Shown: piece after piece, positions 19,287-31,275 of the stretch | Numbering within the stretch: position 1 is the first letter of the stretch | How the letters are laid out: each line of letters opens with the position of its first letter | NCBI GenBank assembly: GCA_024710765.1 | Contig: JANJUE010000123.1 | Location: 17,005 to 81,004 of the forward strand | DNA from: Pseudoxanthomonas sp. | GTDB lineage: Bacteria; Pseudomonadota; Gammaproteobacteria; Xanthomonadales; Xanthomonadaceae | DNA: 64,000 nucleotides | Direction: 5' to 3' | Notes under the pieces: generated by a model | Seen by the model: only the letters and a program-made list of their open reading frames with translations | What the model was told of the DNA's origin: nothing | Databases searched by the model: none | Position numbers and translations under genes: made by a program

Positions 19287-19303
19287 TTTAAAGCCGTCTT
19301 AAT
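19287..19303 (+). promoter_or_regulatory. Second copy of the PmrA-box-like direct repeat TTTAAA-gccgt-CTTAAT
   Basis: Lies 45 bp upstream of the response-regulator start (inverted relative to that gene). 14/17 identical to 15486-15502. Confidence 0.4.
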
Positions 19304-19376
19304 CCGCTCCGGCGTGACCGGGCGCGCTGGTGGAGCGGGCGGGAAGGAATGGCGTCCCTCCCGCCCGGTGCCGGGC

Positions 19377-22151
<2,775 letters not shown>

Positions 22152-22225
22152 GCAGGGCTCCTTGAAAACAGCAGCCCCGAGTTTGGCAGATTTGCCGGAG
22201 GCAGGCGTTACATGAGCGATGACAC

Positions 22226-22948
22226 ATGAGTGACAGCGGAAGCGATCCCGACATCGGTGGCGTGCTGTACCAGGACGCGGGGTTGGCGATCATCGACAAG
22301 CCGGCGGGATTGATGGTCCACGACAGCAAGCTGGCGCGTGGCGAGACCGAATTCCTGGCCGACCGCCTGCGCGCGCGTTTCGGCAAGCCGATCTTCCTGA
22401 TCCACCGGCTGGATCGGGGCACCAGCGGTTGCCTGCTGGTGGCCTTCGATCGCGACATCGCCTCGGCGCTGGGGCAGACCTTCATGTCGCGCGAAGTGGA
22501 AAAGGACTACCTGGCGATCTGCCGCGGCTGGCCGGAGCCGCGCATCGATCTCGACTACGCGCTCGATGGCGGGCCGGGCAAGCCGGAGAAGCGCCCGGCG
22601 CTGACCCGCTTCACCCGATTGGCGACCGGCGAGTTGCCGATTCCCTCGGCGGGATTCGACAGTTCACGCTACGCCTTGCTGCGCTGCCGGCCGGAAACCG
22701 GGCGCTTTCGCCAGATCCGTCGTCACCTGAAGCATCTGTCGCACCACCTGGTGGGCGACAGCAGCCACGGTGATGGCCGCCACAACCGCAACTTCCGCAT
22801 GCAGGGCGTGCACCGCATGCTGCTGCACGCGGTGCGGCTGTCGTTCCTGCACCCGGTCAGCGGCGCGCGGATCGACGTCGTCGCGCCGCTGGATGCCGAA
22901 TTCCGCCGTGCGTTCGCACTGTTCGGCTGGGACGAGACGCTGCGCTGA
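22226..22948 (+). CDS. truC: tRNA pseudouridine(65) synthase TruC (RluA family)
   Basis: Catalytic HRLDRGTSGCLL. Overall collinear with E. coli TruC as I recall it (RYALLRCRPETGRFRQIRRHL, GDSSHGD). Confidence 0.85.
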   Translation: MSDSGSDPDIGGVLYQDAGLAIIDKPAGLMVHDSKLARGETEFLADRLRARFGKPIFLIHRLDRGTSGCLLVAFDRDIASALGQTFMSREVEKDYLAICRGWPEPRIDLDYALDGGPGKPEKRPALTRFTRLATGELPIPSAGFDSSRYALLRCRPETGRFRQIRRHLKHLSHHLVGDSSHGDGRHNRNFRMQGVHRMLLHAVRLSFLHPVSGARIDVVAPLDAEFRRAFALFGWDETLR

Positions 22949-23012
22949 GGAGTCCCGCCAGCCGGGCATGTCAGGCTCCACCCACGATCGCGCGGAGCCG
23001 CTGCGCCCCTCG

Positions 23013-23402
23013 TCAGGCGACCTTCAAGGCCGCCATCACGATCAATGCCAGCGCACTGGCGAATCCGATCGCCCACACCAGGCTTCGCAGCGCCGCCTGG
23101 TTGGCGATGTAGAGCACGCCGTGCAGCACGCGTGCGGCGGTGAAGACGATTGCCAGCAGGTTGATGGTGGCGGGATCGACGCCAGCCAGTTGCGCCATCA
23201 GCACGCCGGCGACGAATGCCGGGAACGATTCGAAGCCGTTGAGGTGCGCGGCGTGGGCGCGATGCGAGCGTGGATTGTCCTGCCTGGCCTGCCATTCCCG
23301 CGGCGCGCGGTTGTTGTAGCGCTCGCCCGAACGCTTGGCGATGGTCACCCAGAGATAGGGCAGGACGGCGGTGATCAGGATGCACCAGTAGGCGATAGAC
23401 AT
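23013..23402 (-). CDS. MAPEG-family membrane protein
   Basis: About 129 aa with 3-4 TM segments. RAHAAHLNGFESFPAF motif typical of MAPEG. Start at the internal ATG (MSIAYW). Confidence 0.75.
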   Translation of the reverse strand: MSIAYWCILITAVLPYLWVTIAKRSGERYNNRAPREWQARQDNPRSHRAHAAHLNGFESFPAFVAGVLMAQLAGVDPATINLLAIVFTAARVLHGVLYIANQAALRSLVWAIGFASALALIVMAALKVA

Positions 23403-23489
23403 GGATTCCTCCTTGGATTGCCGCATAGCCTAGCGGAAGCCTCCGGCCACAGACAGGCCGGCGCGGCCCCGGACCGCGCGCCGGAAACA

Positions 23490-23515
23490 GCAACGGCGCC
23501 CGCAGGCGCCGTTGC
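23490..23515 (-). terminator. Stem-loop terminator downstream of the M28 peptidase gene
   Basis: Perfect 11-bp stem GCAACGGCGCC-cgca-GGCGCCGTTGC, followed on the minus strand by TGTTTCC. Confidence 0.5.
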
Positions 23516-23532
23516 CGTCATGCCGCCGTGGC

Positions 23533-25239
23533 TTACTTCGCCGCCGGCTGCATCATCTTGTCGCGGGCCGCCTTGAACGGATTGCCCGGATACCAGTTCG
23601 GCCACTTGTCGCCGCCGGCGATCTCCTTGCCGACGCCGTACAGCGCTTCCAGATCCTGCACCGTGCCATCCAGTTTCCAGGTTTCCGGATAGTACTGGTC
23701 GCTCGGCGAGTGGTAGTGCTTCGCATAGTCCTCGGCCGCCTTCTTGCCGGCCTCGGGACCGCCGTCGACGAGGTCCTCGCCGCCATCGGCGTACAGCGCC
23801 GGCACGCCGGCCTTGGCGAAGTTGAAGTGATCCGAGCGGAAGTAGAAGCCGCTCTGCACCGAGGTCTCGCCGTGCAGCGTGCGGCCCTGCGCGGTGGCGA
23901 TCGGCTTGAGCACGTCTTCCAGCTCTGAGCTGCCGAAGCCGACCACGGTGATGTCCTTGGCCTTGCCGGCGACGGACATCGCATCGATGTTGATCACCGC
24001 CGCGATCTTGGCGAGCGGGAAGGTCGGATGGGCGACGTAGTACTTGGAGCCGAGCAGGCCGGATTCCTCCAGGGTCACCGCCAGGAACACCAGCGAGCGC
24101 TTCGGCTTGGGATCCTGATGGGCGAAGGCATCGGCGATTTCCAGGATGCCGGCCACGCCGGTGGCGTTGTCGATGGCGCCGTTGTAGATGTTGTCGCCGG
24201 TCTCGCCCTCGTGCTTGCCGAGGTGATCCCAGTGCGCCATGTACAGCACGGCTTCGTCCTTGCGATCGGTGCCGGGCAGCACGCCGACCACGTTGCGCGA
24301 GTTCTTCTCGCTGATGGTGCTCTTCAGATCGATGGCGGCCTGGGTCTTCAGCGTCACCGGCTTGAAGCCACGCTGGTTGGCGGCCTTGTAGGACGCGTCC
24401 AGATCCAGGCCGGCGTCGGCGAACAACTGCCGGGCCGCGTCGGCGGTCAGCCAGCCCTGCACCGGGATGCGGCGTTCCGGATCATCCTTGGCCGGCAGGT
24501 CGTACTGCGCGCCGGACCAGGAATTCTTCACCACGTCCCAGCCGTAGCTGGCGCCGGGCGTGTCGTGGACGATGAACGCGGCGGCGGCGCCCTTGCGCGC
24601 GGCCTCCTCGAACTTGTATGTCCAGCGCCCGTAATAGGTCATGCGCTTGCCTTCGAACAGCTTCTCGTCGCCGACGTGGAAGCCCGGGTCGTTGACGAAC
24701 ATGACCACCGTCTTGCCCTTCCAGTCCTGGCCGGCGTAGTCGTTCCACTGCTGTTCCGGCGCGTCCACGCCGTAGCCGACGAACACCATCTCGCTGGCGT
24801 CGACCTTCACTTCCTTCTCGCCGGTGCGGGTACCGGCCACGAAGTCCACGCCGAACTTGAGCTCGCGCGACTTGCCGTTGCTGGTGAGCTTCAGCACCGT
24901 GCCTTCGTCGGCGGTGGTCTCCACCATCGGCACGTCCTGGAAGAAGCTGCCGTTGTTGCCCGGCTGCAGGCCGATGCGCTTCATCTGCGCTTCCAGGTAG
25001 GCGACGGTCTTCTCCTCGCCGGTGGACCCGGGACCGCGGCCCTCGAACTCGTCGGAGGACAAGGTCTTCACCAGCTGGGCGAAGTCGGCCTCGTTGATGG
25101 CCGGGGCGAATGCGTGATCCGCAGCCGCCGGGACGGCGGGAGCGGTGGCGGCCGGCGCTTCGGCCTCCGGCTTGTTGCATGCGGCGAGCAGGGTGGTGGC
25201 GGCCAGCACGGCCGCCGCCAGAGGGAGCTTGCGGAACAT
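23533..25239 (-). CDS. Exported M28-family aminopeptidase with PA domain
   Basis: Lipoprotein-like signal LLAAC. M28 metal-ligand motifs AHWDHLG, IDNATGVAG, TLEESGLLGS, FRSDHFNF. Confidence 0.88.
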   Translation of the reverse strand: MFRKLPLAAAVLAATTLLAACNKPEAEAPAATAPAVPAAADHAFAPAINEADFAQLVKTLSSDEFEGRGPGSTGEEKTVAYLEAQMKRIGLQPGNNGSFFQDVPMVETTADEGTVLKLTSNGKSRELKFGVDFVAGTRTGEKEVKVDASEMVFVGYGVDAPEQQWNDYAGQDWKGKTVVMFVNDPGFHVGDEKLFEGKRMTYYGRWTYKFEEAARKGAAAAFIVHDTPGASYGWDVVKNSWSGAQYDLPAKDDPERRIPVQGWLTADAARQLFADAGLDLDASYKAANQRGFKPVTLKTQAAIDLKSTISEKNSRNVVGVLPGTDRKDEAVLYMAHWDHLGKHEGETGDNIYNGAIDNATGVAGILEIADAFAHQDPKPKRSLVFLAVTLEESGLLGSKYYVAHPTFPLAKIAAVINIDAMSVAGKAKDITVVGFGSSELEDVLKPIATAQGRTLHGETSVQSGFYFRSDHFNFAKAGVPALYADGGEDLVDGGPEAGKKAAEDYAKHYHSPSDQYYPETWKLDGTVQDLEALYGVGKEIAGGDKWPNWYPGNPFKAARDKMMQPAAK

Positions 25240-25298
25240 CGGGATTCCTCGAACCGGGGAATCCCGAGTGTATGCGATCGCCCCGGGCGATGCCCCGC

Positions 25299-25967
25299 TC
25301 AGTCGGCCGGCGCGGTCGGGGTGTCGAACGACTTGGCGGTGGCGCCGGTGATCGGGCCGGTCTTGGCGGTGCGATGGACGTACAGGACCACTTCGCGCTC
25401 GAACACCAGCGGACCGTCGACCACGGCGTTCGGGCCGATCACGATGCGCGGCGGCCGCTTGCGCGAGATGTTGAAGTTGCCCTTGGGCTTCTCGACCTTC
25501 AGGCCGCCTCGCACATGCGAGTCCACGCCCACGGTGACGTCGCCGTTGACCGTCTCGATGCCGCCGCCCACTTCGGTGCCGACCAGGCCGATGCCGCCGT
25601 TGACGGTGGCGATGCCGTCGCGGACCTTGCCACCGCGATCCAGGAAGATCGAGCCGTTGACGGTTTCCACTTCGCCATCGACCTGCACCCTGCTCCCGCC
25701 CTTGATCGCGCCGTTGACCGTTTCCAGGCCACCCGTGCGGGCGCCGTTGCCGACCTGGATCGAACCGTTGACCACTTCGGCCGAGCCGGTGGTGGCGTTG
25801 TCGTCGATGGTGATGGAGCCGTTGACGGTGCTCAGATCGCCGTGGGCGCGGCCCGCCTGGGCCGTGATCGATCCGTTGACCTTGGAAACATCGTCATCGG
25901 CGAAGGCGGGGGCGGGGGCGGCCGCCAGTGCCAGGGTCAGCAGCAGGGCAGAGGAAGTGCGGGTCAT
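25299..25967 (-). CDS. Exported beta-helical repeat protein (bactofilin-like 18-residue periodicity)
   Basis: Signal peptide ending AFA-DDD. Seven (T/V)VNG(S/A/G/D)(I/V) motifs at residues 30, 48, 66, 84, 103, 122, 140. The GCCGTTGAC motif recurs on the plus strand. Confidence 0.75.
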   Translation of the reverse strand: MTRTSSALLLTLALAAAPAPAFADDDVSKVNGSITAQAGRAHGDLSTVNGSITIDDNATTGSAEVVNGSIQVGNGARTGGLETVNGAIKGGSRVQVDGEVETVNGSIFLDRGGKVRDGIATVNGGIGLVGTEVGGGIETVNGDVTVGVDSHVRGGLKVEKPKGNFNISRKRPPRIVIGPNAVVDGPLVFEREVVLYVHRTAKTGPITGATAKSFDTPTAPAD

Positions 25968-26135
25968 GGTGAAGTCCTGTTCGTGGAAAGTTACGGGGTT
26001 GGATGCCGGCGCGGCCGCCAGGGTTTAAATCCCGGGACGGGCAACGATGGGGGCCGGCCGCGTTCAGGGTAACGCCGCCATCGCAGCACGCTTCGCTACA
26101 ATCTTCACCTGCCTGAAGTCACCGGAACCCCCGCC

Positions 26136-27686
26136 GTGTCCCCATCAACGTCCGCCGCCTCGCGTCCCAAGCCCGTCGTCCTGCTGATCCTGGATGGCTG
26201 GGGCCATCGTGAAGACCCCACCGACAATGCGCTGGCGCAGGCGGAGCTGCCGAACTGGCGGCACCTGCTGGCGACCGCACCGCATACCTTGATCCATACC
26301 GAGGGACGCCACGTGGGCCTGCCCGATGGGCAGATGGGCAATTCCGAGGTCGGCCACATGAACCTGGGTGCCGGCCGGATCGTCTACCAGGATCTGACCC
26401 GCATCGACGCGGCCATCGAGGACGGCAGCTTCTTCGGGACCGCCGAACTGGTCGCGGCCTGCGAAGCCGCCAAGGCGGGCGGGCACGTCCTGCATGTGTT
26501 CGGCCTGCTCTCGCCCGGTGGCGTGCACAGCCACGAGAACCACATCTTCGCCATGCTCGAGCTCGCCCACCGCCAGGGCGTGCCGAGGGTCGCCGTGCAT
26601 GCCTTCCTGGATGGGCGCGACACCCCGCCGCAATCGGCCGAACCGAGCCTGCGCGCGTTGCAGGACCGGTGCGCGCGCCTGGGCAATGCCCGGCTGGCCA
26701 CGGTCAGCGGCCGCTACTACGCGATGGACCGCGACAAGCGCTGGGATCGCGTGCGCAAGGCGTGGGACGCGATCGTCGATGCCAGCAGCGACCATCACGC
26801 GGTGGACGGCGTGGCCGCATTGCAGGCCGCGTACGCGCGGGGAGAGAACGATGAGTTCGTGCTGCCGACGGTGATCGAAGGCGCCCCGGCGATGGCCGAT
26901 GGCGATGCGGTGGTGTTCATGAATTTCCGCGCCGATCGCGCGCGCCAGCTGACCGCGGCGTTCGTGTCGCCGGATTTCGATGGCTTCCAGGCCCGCCGCC
27001 CGCAGCTGTCGCGATTCGTCTGCCTGACCGAGTACGACGCGAAACTGCCGGCGCCCGTCGCATTCCCGCCGGACGATCTGCGGCATACGCTGGGCGAGCT
27101 GCTGGCCGGGCAGGGCCTGACCCAGCTGCGCATCGCCGAGACCGAGAAGTATGCGCACGTGACCTTCTTCTTCAGCGGCGGCCGCGAAGATCCTTTCGCC
27201 GGCGAAGAGCGCATCCTGGTGCCCAGCCCCAAGGTAGCGACCTACGATCTGCAGCCGGAAATGAGCTGCCCCGAGCTGACCGCCAAGCTGGTGGACGCGA
27301 TCGGCTCCGGCCGTTTCGACGTGATCATCTGCAACATCGCCAATCCCGACATGGTCGGTCACAGCGGCGATCTGCAGGCGGCGATCCTGGCTGCGCAGGC
27401 GGTCGACCAGGCGATCGGCGCGGTGGAGGCCGCGGTGCGCGCCGCGCATGGCGCACTGATCATCACCGCCGACCACGGCAATCTGGAGATGATGCGGGAT
27501 CCGGAAACCGGACAGCCGCACACCGCCCATACGGTCGGGCCGGTGCCGCTGGTCTACGTGGGCGAGCGGGCGGCGAAGCTGCGTGCCGGCGGCGCCCTGC
27601 GCGACGTCGCGCCGACCCTGCTCGACCTGCTGGGCCTGCCCAGCCCGGACGAGATGTCCGGCCAGTCGCTGCTCGCCGCGCAATGA
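26136..27686 (+). CDS. gpmI: 2,3-bisphosphoglycerate-independent phosphoglycerate mutase
   Basis: LILDGWGHRED, catalytic Ser in NSEVGHMNLGAGR. 516 aa. GTG start. Confidence 0.93.
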   Translation: MSPSTSAASRPKPVVLLILDGWGHREDPTDNALAQAELPNWRHLLATAPHTLIHTEGRHVGLPDGQMGNSEVGHMNLGAGRIVYQDLTRIDAAIEDGSFFGTAELVAACEAAKAGGHVLHVFGLLSPGGVHSHENHIFAMLELAHRQGVPRVAVHAFLDGRDTPPQSAEPSLRALQDRCARLGNARLATVSGRYYAMDRDKRWDRVRKAWDAIVDASSDHHAVDGVAALQAAYARGENDEFVLPTVIEGAPAMADGDAVVFMNFRADRARQLTAAFVSPDFDGFQARRPQLSRFVCLTEYDAKLPAPVAFPPDDLRHTLGELLAGQGLTQLRIAETEKYAHVTFFFSGGREDPFAGEERILVPSPKVATYDLQPEMSCPELTAKLVDAIGSGRFDVIICNIANPDMVGHSGDLQAAILAAQAVDQAIGAVEAAVRAAHGALIITADHGNLEMMRDPETGQPHTAHTVGPVPLVYVGERAAKLRAGGALRDVAPTLLDLLGLPSPDEMSGQSLLAAQ

Positions 27687-28930
27687 TCCCGCGCCTGCTC
27701 CGGGCCGGCGCCGCCCTGCTGATCGCGCTGGCCGTGATCAGCGGTGGCGCCCTGGCGCAGAGCCAGCGTGATGCGCAGAAGCGGCTGGAGAAGGCGCGCG
27801 GCGAGCTGAAATCAATTGCCCAGGAACGGCGCAAGCTGGAGGGCGAGCGCGGCGACGCCTCGCGCAAGCTGCGCGAGGCCGACGAACAGGTCGGCCGCAG
27901 CAGCCGCACGCTGTCGGAGACCGAATCCTCGCTGCGGCGCGAAGAGGCCGCGCTCGCCGAACTACAGCAGCGGCGCGAGCAGATGCTGGAACATCTGCGC
28001 GGACAGCGCGAACAACTGGCCTCATTGGTGCGCTCGGCCTACATGACCGGCGGCGACGCGCCGTTGAAGGTGTTGCTGTCGCAGGACCGGGCCGCCGATG
28101 CCAGCCGGACCCTGGCCTACCACCGCTACCTGCAACGGGATCGCGCCAACCGCATCGCCGGCCTCACCAGCGAGCTGCAGGCGTTGGCGCAGGTCGAGCA
28201 GGACATCACCGCGCGGCGCGCGCAACTGGATGCCGATCGCCAGCGCCTGCGCGGCCAGGTGAACCAGTTGCAGCGGGATCGGCAGAGCAGTGCGAAGCTG
28301 GTGGCCGAGCTCGATCAGCGCTACCAGGACCGGTCGGTCCGGGAAAAGGCGCTCGGCCAGGACGTGCGCTCGCTGGAGCGCCTGCTCGCGAACCTGCGTG
28401 CGGCGGCGGCGCGTGCCGAAGCCGAACGCAAGGCCGCCGCGCGCAAGGCCGCCGAGGAACGCGCCCGCGCGCAGGCCCGTCCGGGTGGCACCCGCACGGA
28501 AACCCCTGCACGTCCACGCCCGGAGGTCGCCAATGCCCCGGCGCTGAAAGTCGGCGGCCTGGGCTGGCCGCTGTCGGGCAATCTGCTGGCCCGCTACGGC
28601 GGACGGATGCCGGATGGCCGTACGAGCTCGGGCGTGCTGATCGGCGCGCCGGCCGGCAGCACCGTGACCGCGGTGGCCGACGGTACGGTGGTGTTCTCCG
28701 AATGGATGACCGGCTATGGCCTGATCCTGATCGTCGACCACGGCAACGGCTACATGAGCCTGTACGCGCACAACGAGAGCCTGCTGCGCGACACCGGGGA
28801 CCGGGTCAGGCGCGGCGACGCGGTCGCCAAGGTCGGTACTTCCGGCGGGCAGGGCACCCCGGCGCTGTACTTCGAACTGCGCCGCAACGGCCAGCCGGTC
28901 GACCCGGGCAGCTGGCTGCAGCGACGCTGA
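27683..28930 (+). CDS. envC: Murein hydrolase activator EnvC (coiled coil plus LytM/M23 domain)
   Basis: Long Q/R/E-rich coiled-coil region and a C-terminal LytM domain (LILIVDHGNGYMSLYAHN). ATGA overlap with gpmI. Conserved gpmI-envC-ctpA order. Confidence 0.85.
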   Translation: MIPRLLRAGAALLIALAVISGGALAQSQRDAQKRLEKARGELKSIAQERRKLEGERGDASRKLREADEQVGRSSRTLSETESSLRREEAALAELQQRREQMLEHLRGQREQLASLVRSAYMTGGDAPLKVLLSQDRAADASRTLAYHRYLQRDRANRIAGLTSELQALAQVEQDITARRAQLDADRQRLRGQVNQLQRDRQSSAKLVAELDQRYQDRSVREKALGQDVRSLERLLANLRAAAARAEAERKAAARKAAEERARAQARPGGTRTETPARPRPEVANAPALKVGGLGWPLSGNLLARYGGRMPDGRTSSGVLIGAPAGSTVTAVADGTVVFSEWMTGYGLILIVDHGNGYMSLYAHNESLLRDTGDRVRRGDAVAKVGTSGGQGTPALYFELRRNGQPVDPGSWLQRR

Positions 28931-29025
28931 ACCGGAACGCCATTCACCGCCGGTTCGCGCATAATCGGGCGAACTCCGTGGACCGCGCGGAGTCCATGAT
29001 CCGCCGCTTTTCCCACGGAGCTTCA

Positions 29026-30345
29026 ATGCGTTCATTCCTGCCCCTGGCCCTGCTGCTCGCCCTCGCCGGCGCGCCCGCGCTCGCGCTCGCGCAAGAGACC
29101 GCCAAGGAACCGGAGGTGGGCGCCAGCGACGACCCTTCGGCGGCGGAAACCGCGCCCTCGAAGGTGCCGCTGGAGGAAATCCGCCGCTACGTGGCCGTGT
29201 TCAACGCGGTCAAGGAGGCGTACGTCGAACCGGTCGAGGATCGCAAGCTGATGCAGTCGGCCATCCGCGGCCTGCTGCTCGACCTGGATCCGCACAGCAT
29301 CTACTTCGACAAGGAAGACGCGCAGGCCTACGACGAGCAGACGTCCGGCGCCTATGAAGGCATCGGCGTGGATCTGCTGCAGCAGCCCGACAACACCCTG
29401 CTGGTGGTTTCTCCGATCGACGACACGCCGGCGGCCAAGGCCGGGATCAAGGCCGGCGACGTGATCGTGGCCATCAACGGCAAGCCGATCGAGAAGACCG
29501 ACGGCATGGAACCGCTGCGTGGCAAGCCCGGCAGCAAGGTCACCCTGACCATCGCGCGCGAGGGCACCGCCAAGCCGTTCGATGTCAGCCTGGTACGCGA
29601 CACCATCCGCATCGCCAGCGTGCGCAGCCGCCTGCTCGAACCGGGCTACGGCTACGTGCGCATCAGCGCGTTCCAGACCGAGACCGCCGCCGATTTCCAG
29701 AAGCACGTCGCCGATCTGAAGGCGAAGGGCACGCTGCGCGGACTGGTGCTGGACCTGCGCAGCAATCCCGGCGGCCTGTTGCTGGCGGCGGTGCAGATCG
29801 CCGACGACCTGCTGGACAAGGGCAACATCGTCTCCACCCGTGGCCGCATCGTGGTCAGCGATTCGCGCTTCGACGCGACGCCCGGCGATCTGCTGGACGG
29901 CGCGCCGGTCGTGGTGCTGGTGGACGCCGGTTCGGCCAGCGCCTCGGAAGTGCTGGCCGGCGCGCTGCGCGACAACCAGCGTGCGCGCATCGTCGGCAGC
30001 CGCACCTTCGGCAAAGGCTCCGTGCAAACCGTGCTGCCGCTGGACAACGGCGATTCGGTGAAGCTGACCACCGCGCGCTACTACACGCCCAGCGGCAAAT
30101 CGATCCAGGCGCGCGGGATCGTGCCGGACGTGGAACTGCATCCGGAGTCGGTGGACAAGCAGCCCGAAATCATCGACTACAGCGAGGCCACCCTGCCCGG
30201 TCACCTGCGCGGTGACGACGAGGGCCAGGAAGGCTATGCCGCCGGCGAGGTGCTGGACGGCGAGAAGCCGATCACCGCGGCGCTGGCAGAACTGAAGAAG
30301 CAGGTGGCGTCGACGGCGGCCAAGGCGCCCGCCGGTCGACGCTGA
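29026..30345 (+). CDS. ctpA: Carboxy-terminal processing peptidase (S41, CtpA/Prc-like)
   Basis: PDZ region. S41 motifs RSNPGGLL, GSASASEVLAGAL, TFGKGSVQ. GGAG RBS before the ATG at 29026 (alternative ATG at 28996). Confidence 0.88.
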   Translation: MRSFLPLALLLALAGAPALALAQETAKEPEVGASDDPSAAETAPSKVPLEEIRRYVAVFNAVKEAYVEPVEDRKLMQSAIRGLLLDLDPHSIYFDKEDAQAYDEQTSGAYEGIGVDLLQQPDNTLLVVSPIDDTPAAKAGIKAGDVIVAINGKPIEKTDGMEPLRGKPGSKVTLTIAREGTAKPFDVSLVRDTIRIASVRSRLLEPGYGYVRISAFQTETAADFQKHVADLKAKGTLRGLVLDLRSNPGGLLLAAVQIADDLLDKGNIVSTRGRIVVSDSRFDATPGDLLDGAPVVVLVDAGSASASEVLAGALRDNQRARIVGSRTFGKGSVQTVLPLDNGDSVKLTTARYYTPSGKSIQARGIVPDVELHPESVDKQPEIIDYSEATLPGHLRGDDEGQEGYAAGEVLDGEKPITAALAELKKQVASTAAKAPAGRR

Positions 30346-30354
30346 GGAGCGGCC

Positions 30355-31212
30355 TCAGGCGGGTCGTTCCGCCACCAGTCCGTACATCAGCGGCAGGCTC
30401 GGCATGGACGCCGGCGGATACATGCGCCGGCCCTCGCCCTCACGCATGCCATCGAATCCGCGCCAACCGTTGGCATGGGGATATTCCTGCAGCCGACGCA
30501 GTTGCAGGCCGGCGCGCAGCAGCGCGTCGACCACTTCGCCCAGGCTCCACTGGAACTCGTAGCTCGCGTGCGGATTGCGGAAATCCTGCACGCCGGCCTC
30601 GTTGCCGGAGGGCGACAGCGCATCGCCGGACAGCGCCACGTAGTCGCTGACGCCGTCTTCCCAGACCAGCGGCTCGCCGTGGGCGAAGTAGGGATACTTC
30701 GGCTGCCACTGCGGATCGAAGATCATCGCCACCGGATGGAATTCGACGCAGACGAAACGCCCGCCGGGTTCCAGCACCGCCGCCAGTCCGCGTGCCCATG
30801 CATCCAGATCCGACAGCCAGCACAGCGCGCCGTAGGAACTGAAGGCGATGTCGAACCGCCGACCCGCGGCGAGCGCCTGTTCGAACCAGTCATAGATGTC
30901 CGCGCGCTCGAAAGCCGCCGCGACGCCGGCCTCGCCCGCGAGCCGGCGGGCGAAGTCGATCGCGGTATCGCTGATATCCACGCCGGTGACCTGCGCGCCC
31001 AATCCGGCCAGGCTCAGGGTGTCCTGGCCGGCATTGCACTGCAGATGGACCAGGCGCCGGCCGTCGATGTCGCCCAGCAGGGCCAGTTCCTCCGGAAACA
31101 GCGTGCTGCCGCCATCACGGAAAAAGGCGGCCTGATCGCGCTTGTGGCTGTTGTGGGCCACGGTGGCGGCATTCCAGGACCGGCGATTGCCTTCGTGCAG
31201 ATCCTTGCGCAT
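30355..31212 (-). CDS. Class I SAM-dependent methyltransferase
   Basis: SAM motif I, VHLQCNAGQDTLSLAGLGAQVTGVDIS. 285 aa. Confidence 0.8.
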   Translation of the reverse strand: MRKDLHEGNRRSWNAATVAHNSHKRDQAAFFRDGGSTLFPEELALLGDIDGRRLVHLQCNAGQDTLSLAGLGAQVTGVDISDTAIDFARRLAGEAGVAAAFERADIYDWFEQALAAGRRFDIAFSSYGALCWLSDLDAWARGLAAVLEPGGRFVCVEFHPVAMIFDPQWQPKYPYFAHGEPLVWEDGVSDYVALSGDALSPSGNEAGVQDFRNPHASYEFQWSLGEVVDALLRAGLQLRRLQEYPHANGWRGFDGMREGEGRRMYPPASMPSLPLMYGLVAERPA

Positions 31213-31275
31213 GGCGAATCCGGCGGAGAGGGAAGCGCTGATTCTAGGGCAGTGCTTCCCCTGCCGGCGGCGGGG

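Noticed and set aside
15486-19303. Interpretation of the two 17-mers as attL/attR of a mobile island
   Set aside because: There is no integrase, transposase or tRNA nearby, and I see no compositional shift across the 3.8-kb block. The hexamer-N5-hexamer architecture fits a response-regulator site better. I keep this only as an alternative in the finding.
24028-26028. 666-aa plus-strand ORF spanning both the M28 peptidase gene and the VNGSI repeat gene
   Set aside because: It crosses an intergenic region and two well-supported minus-strand genes. Its repetitive PLTVS-type sequence is just the antisense reading of the VNGSI repeats.
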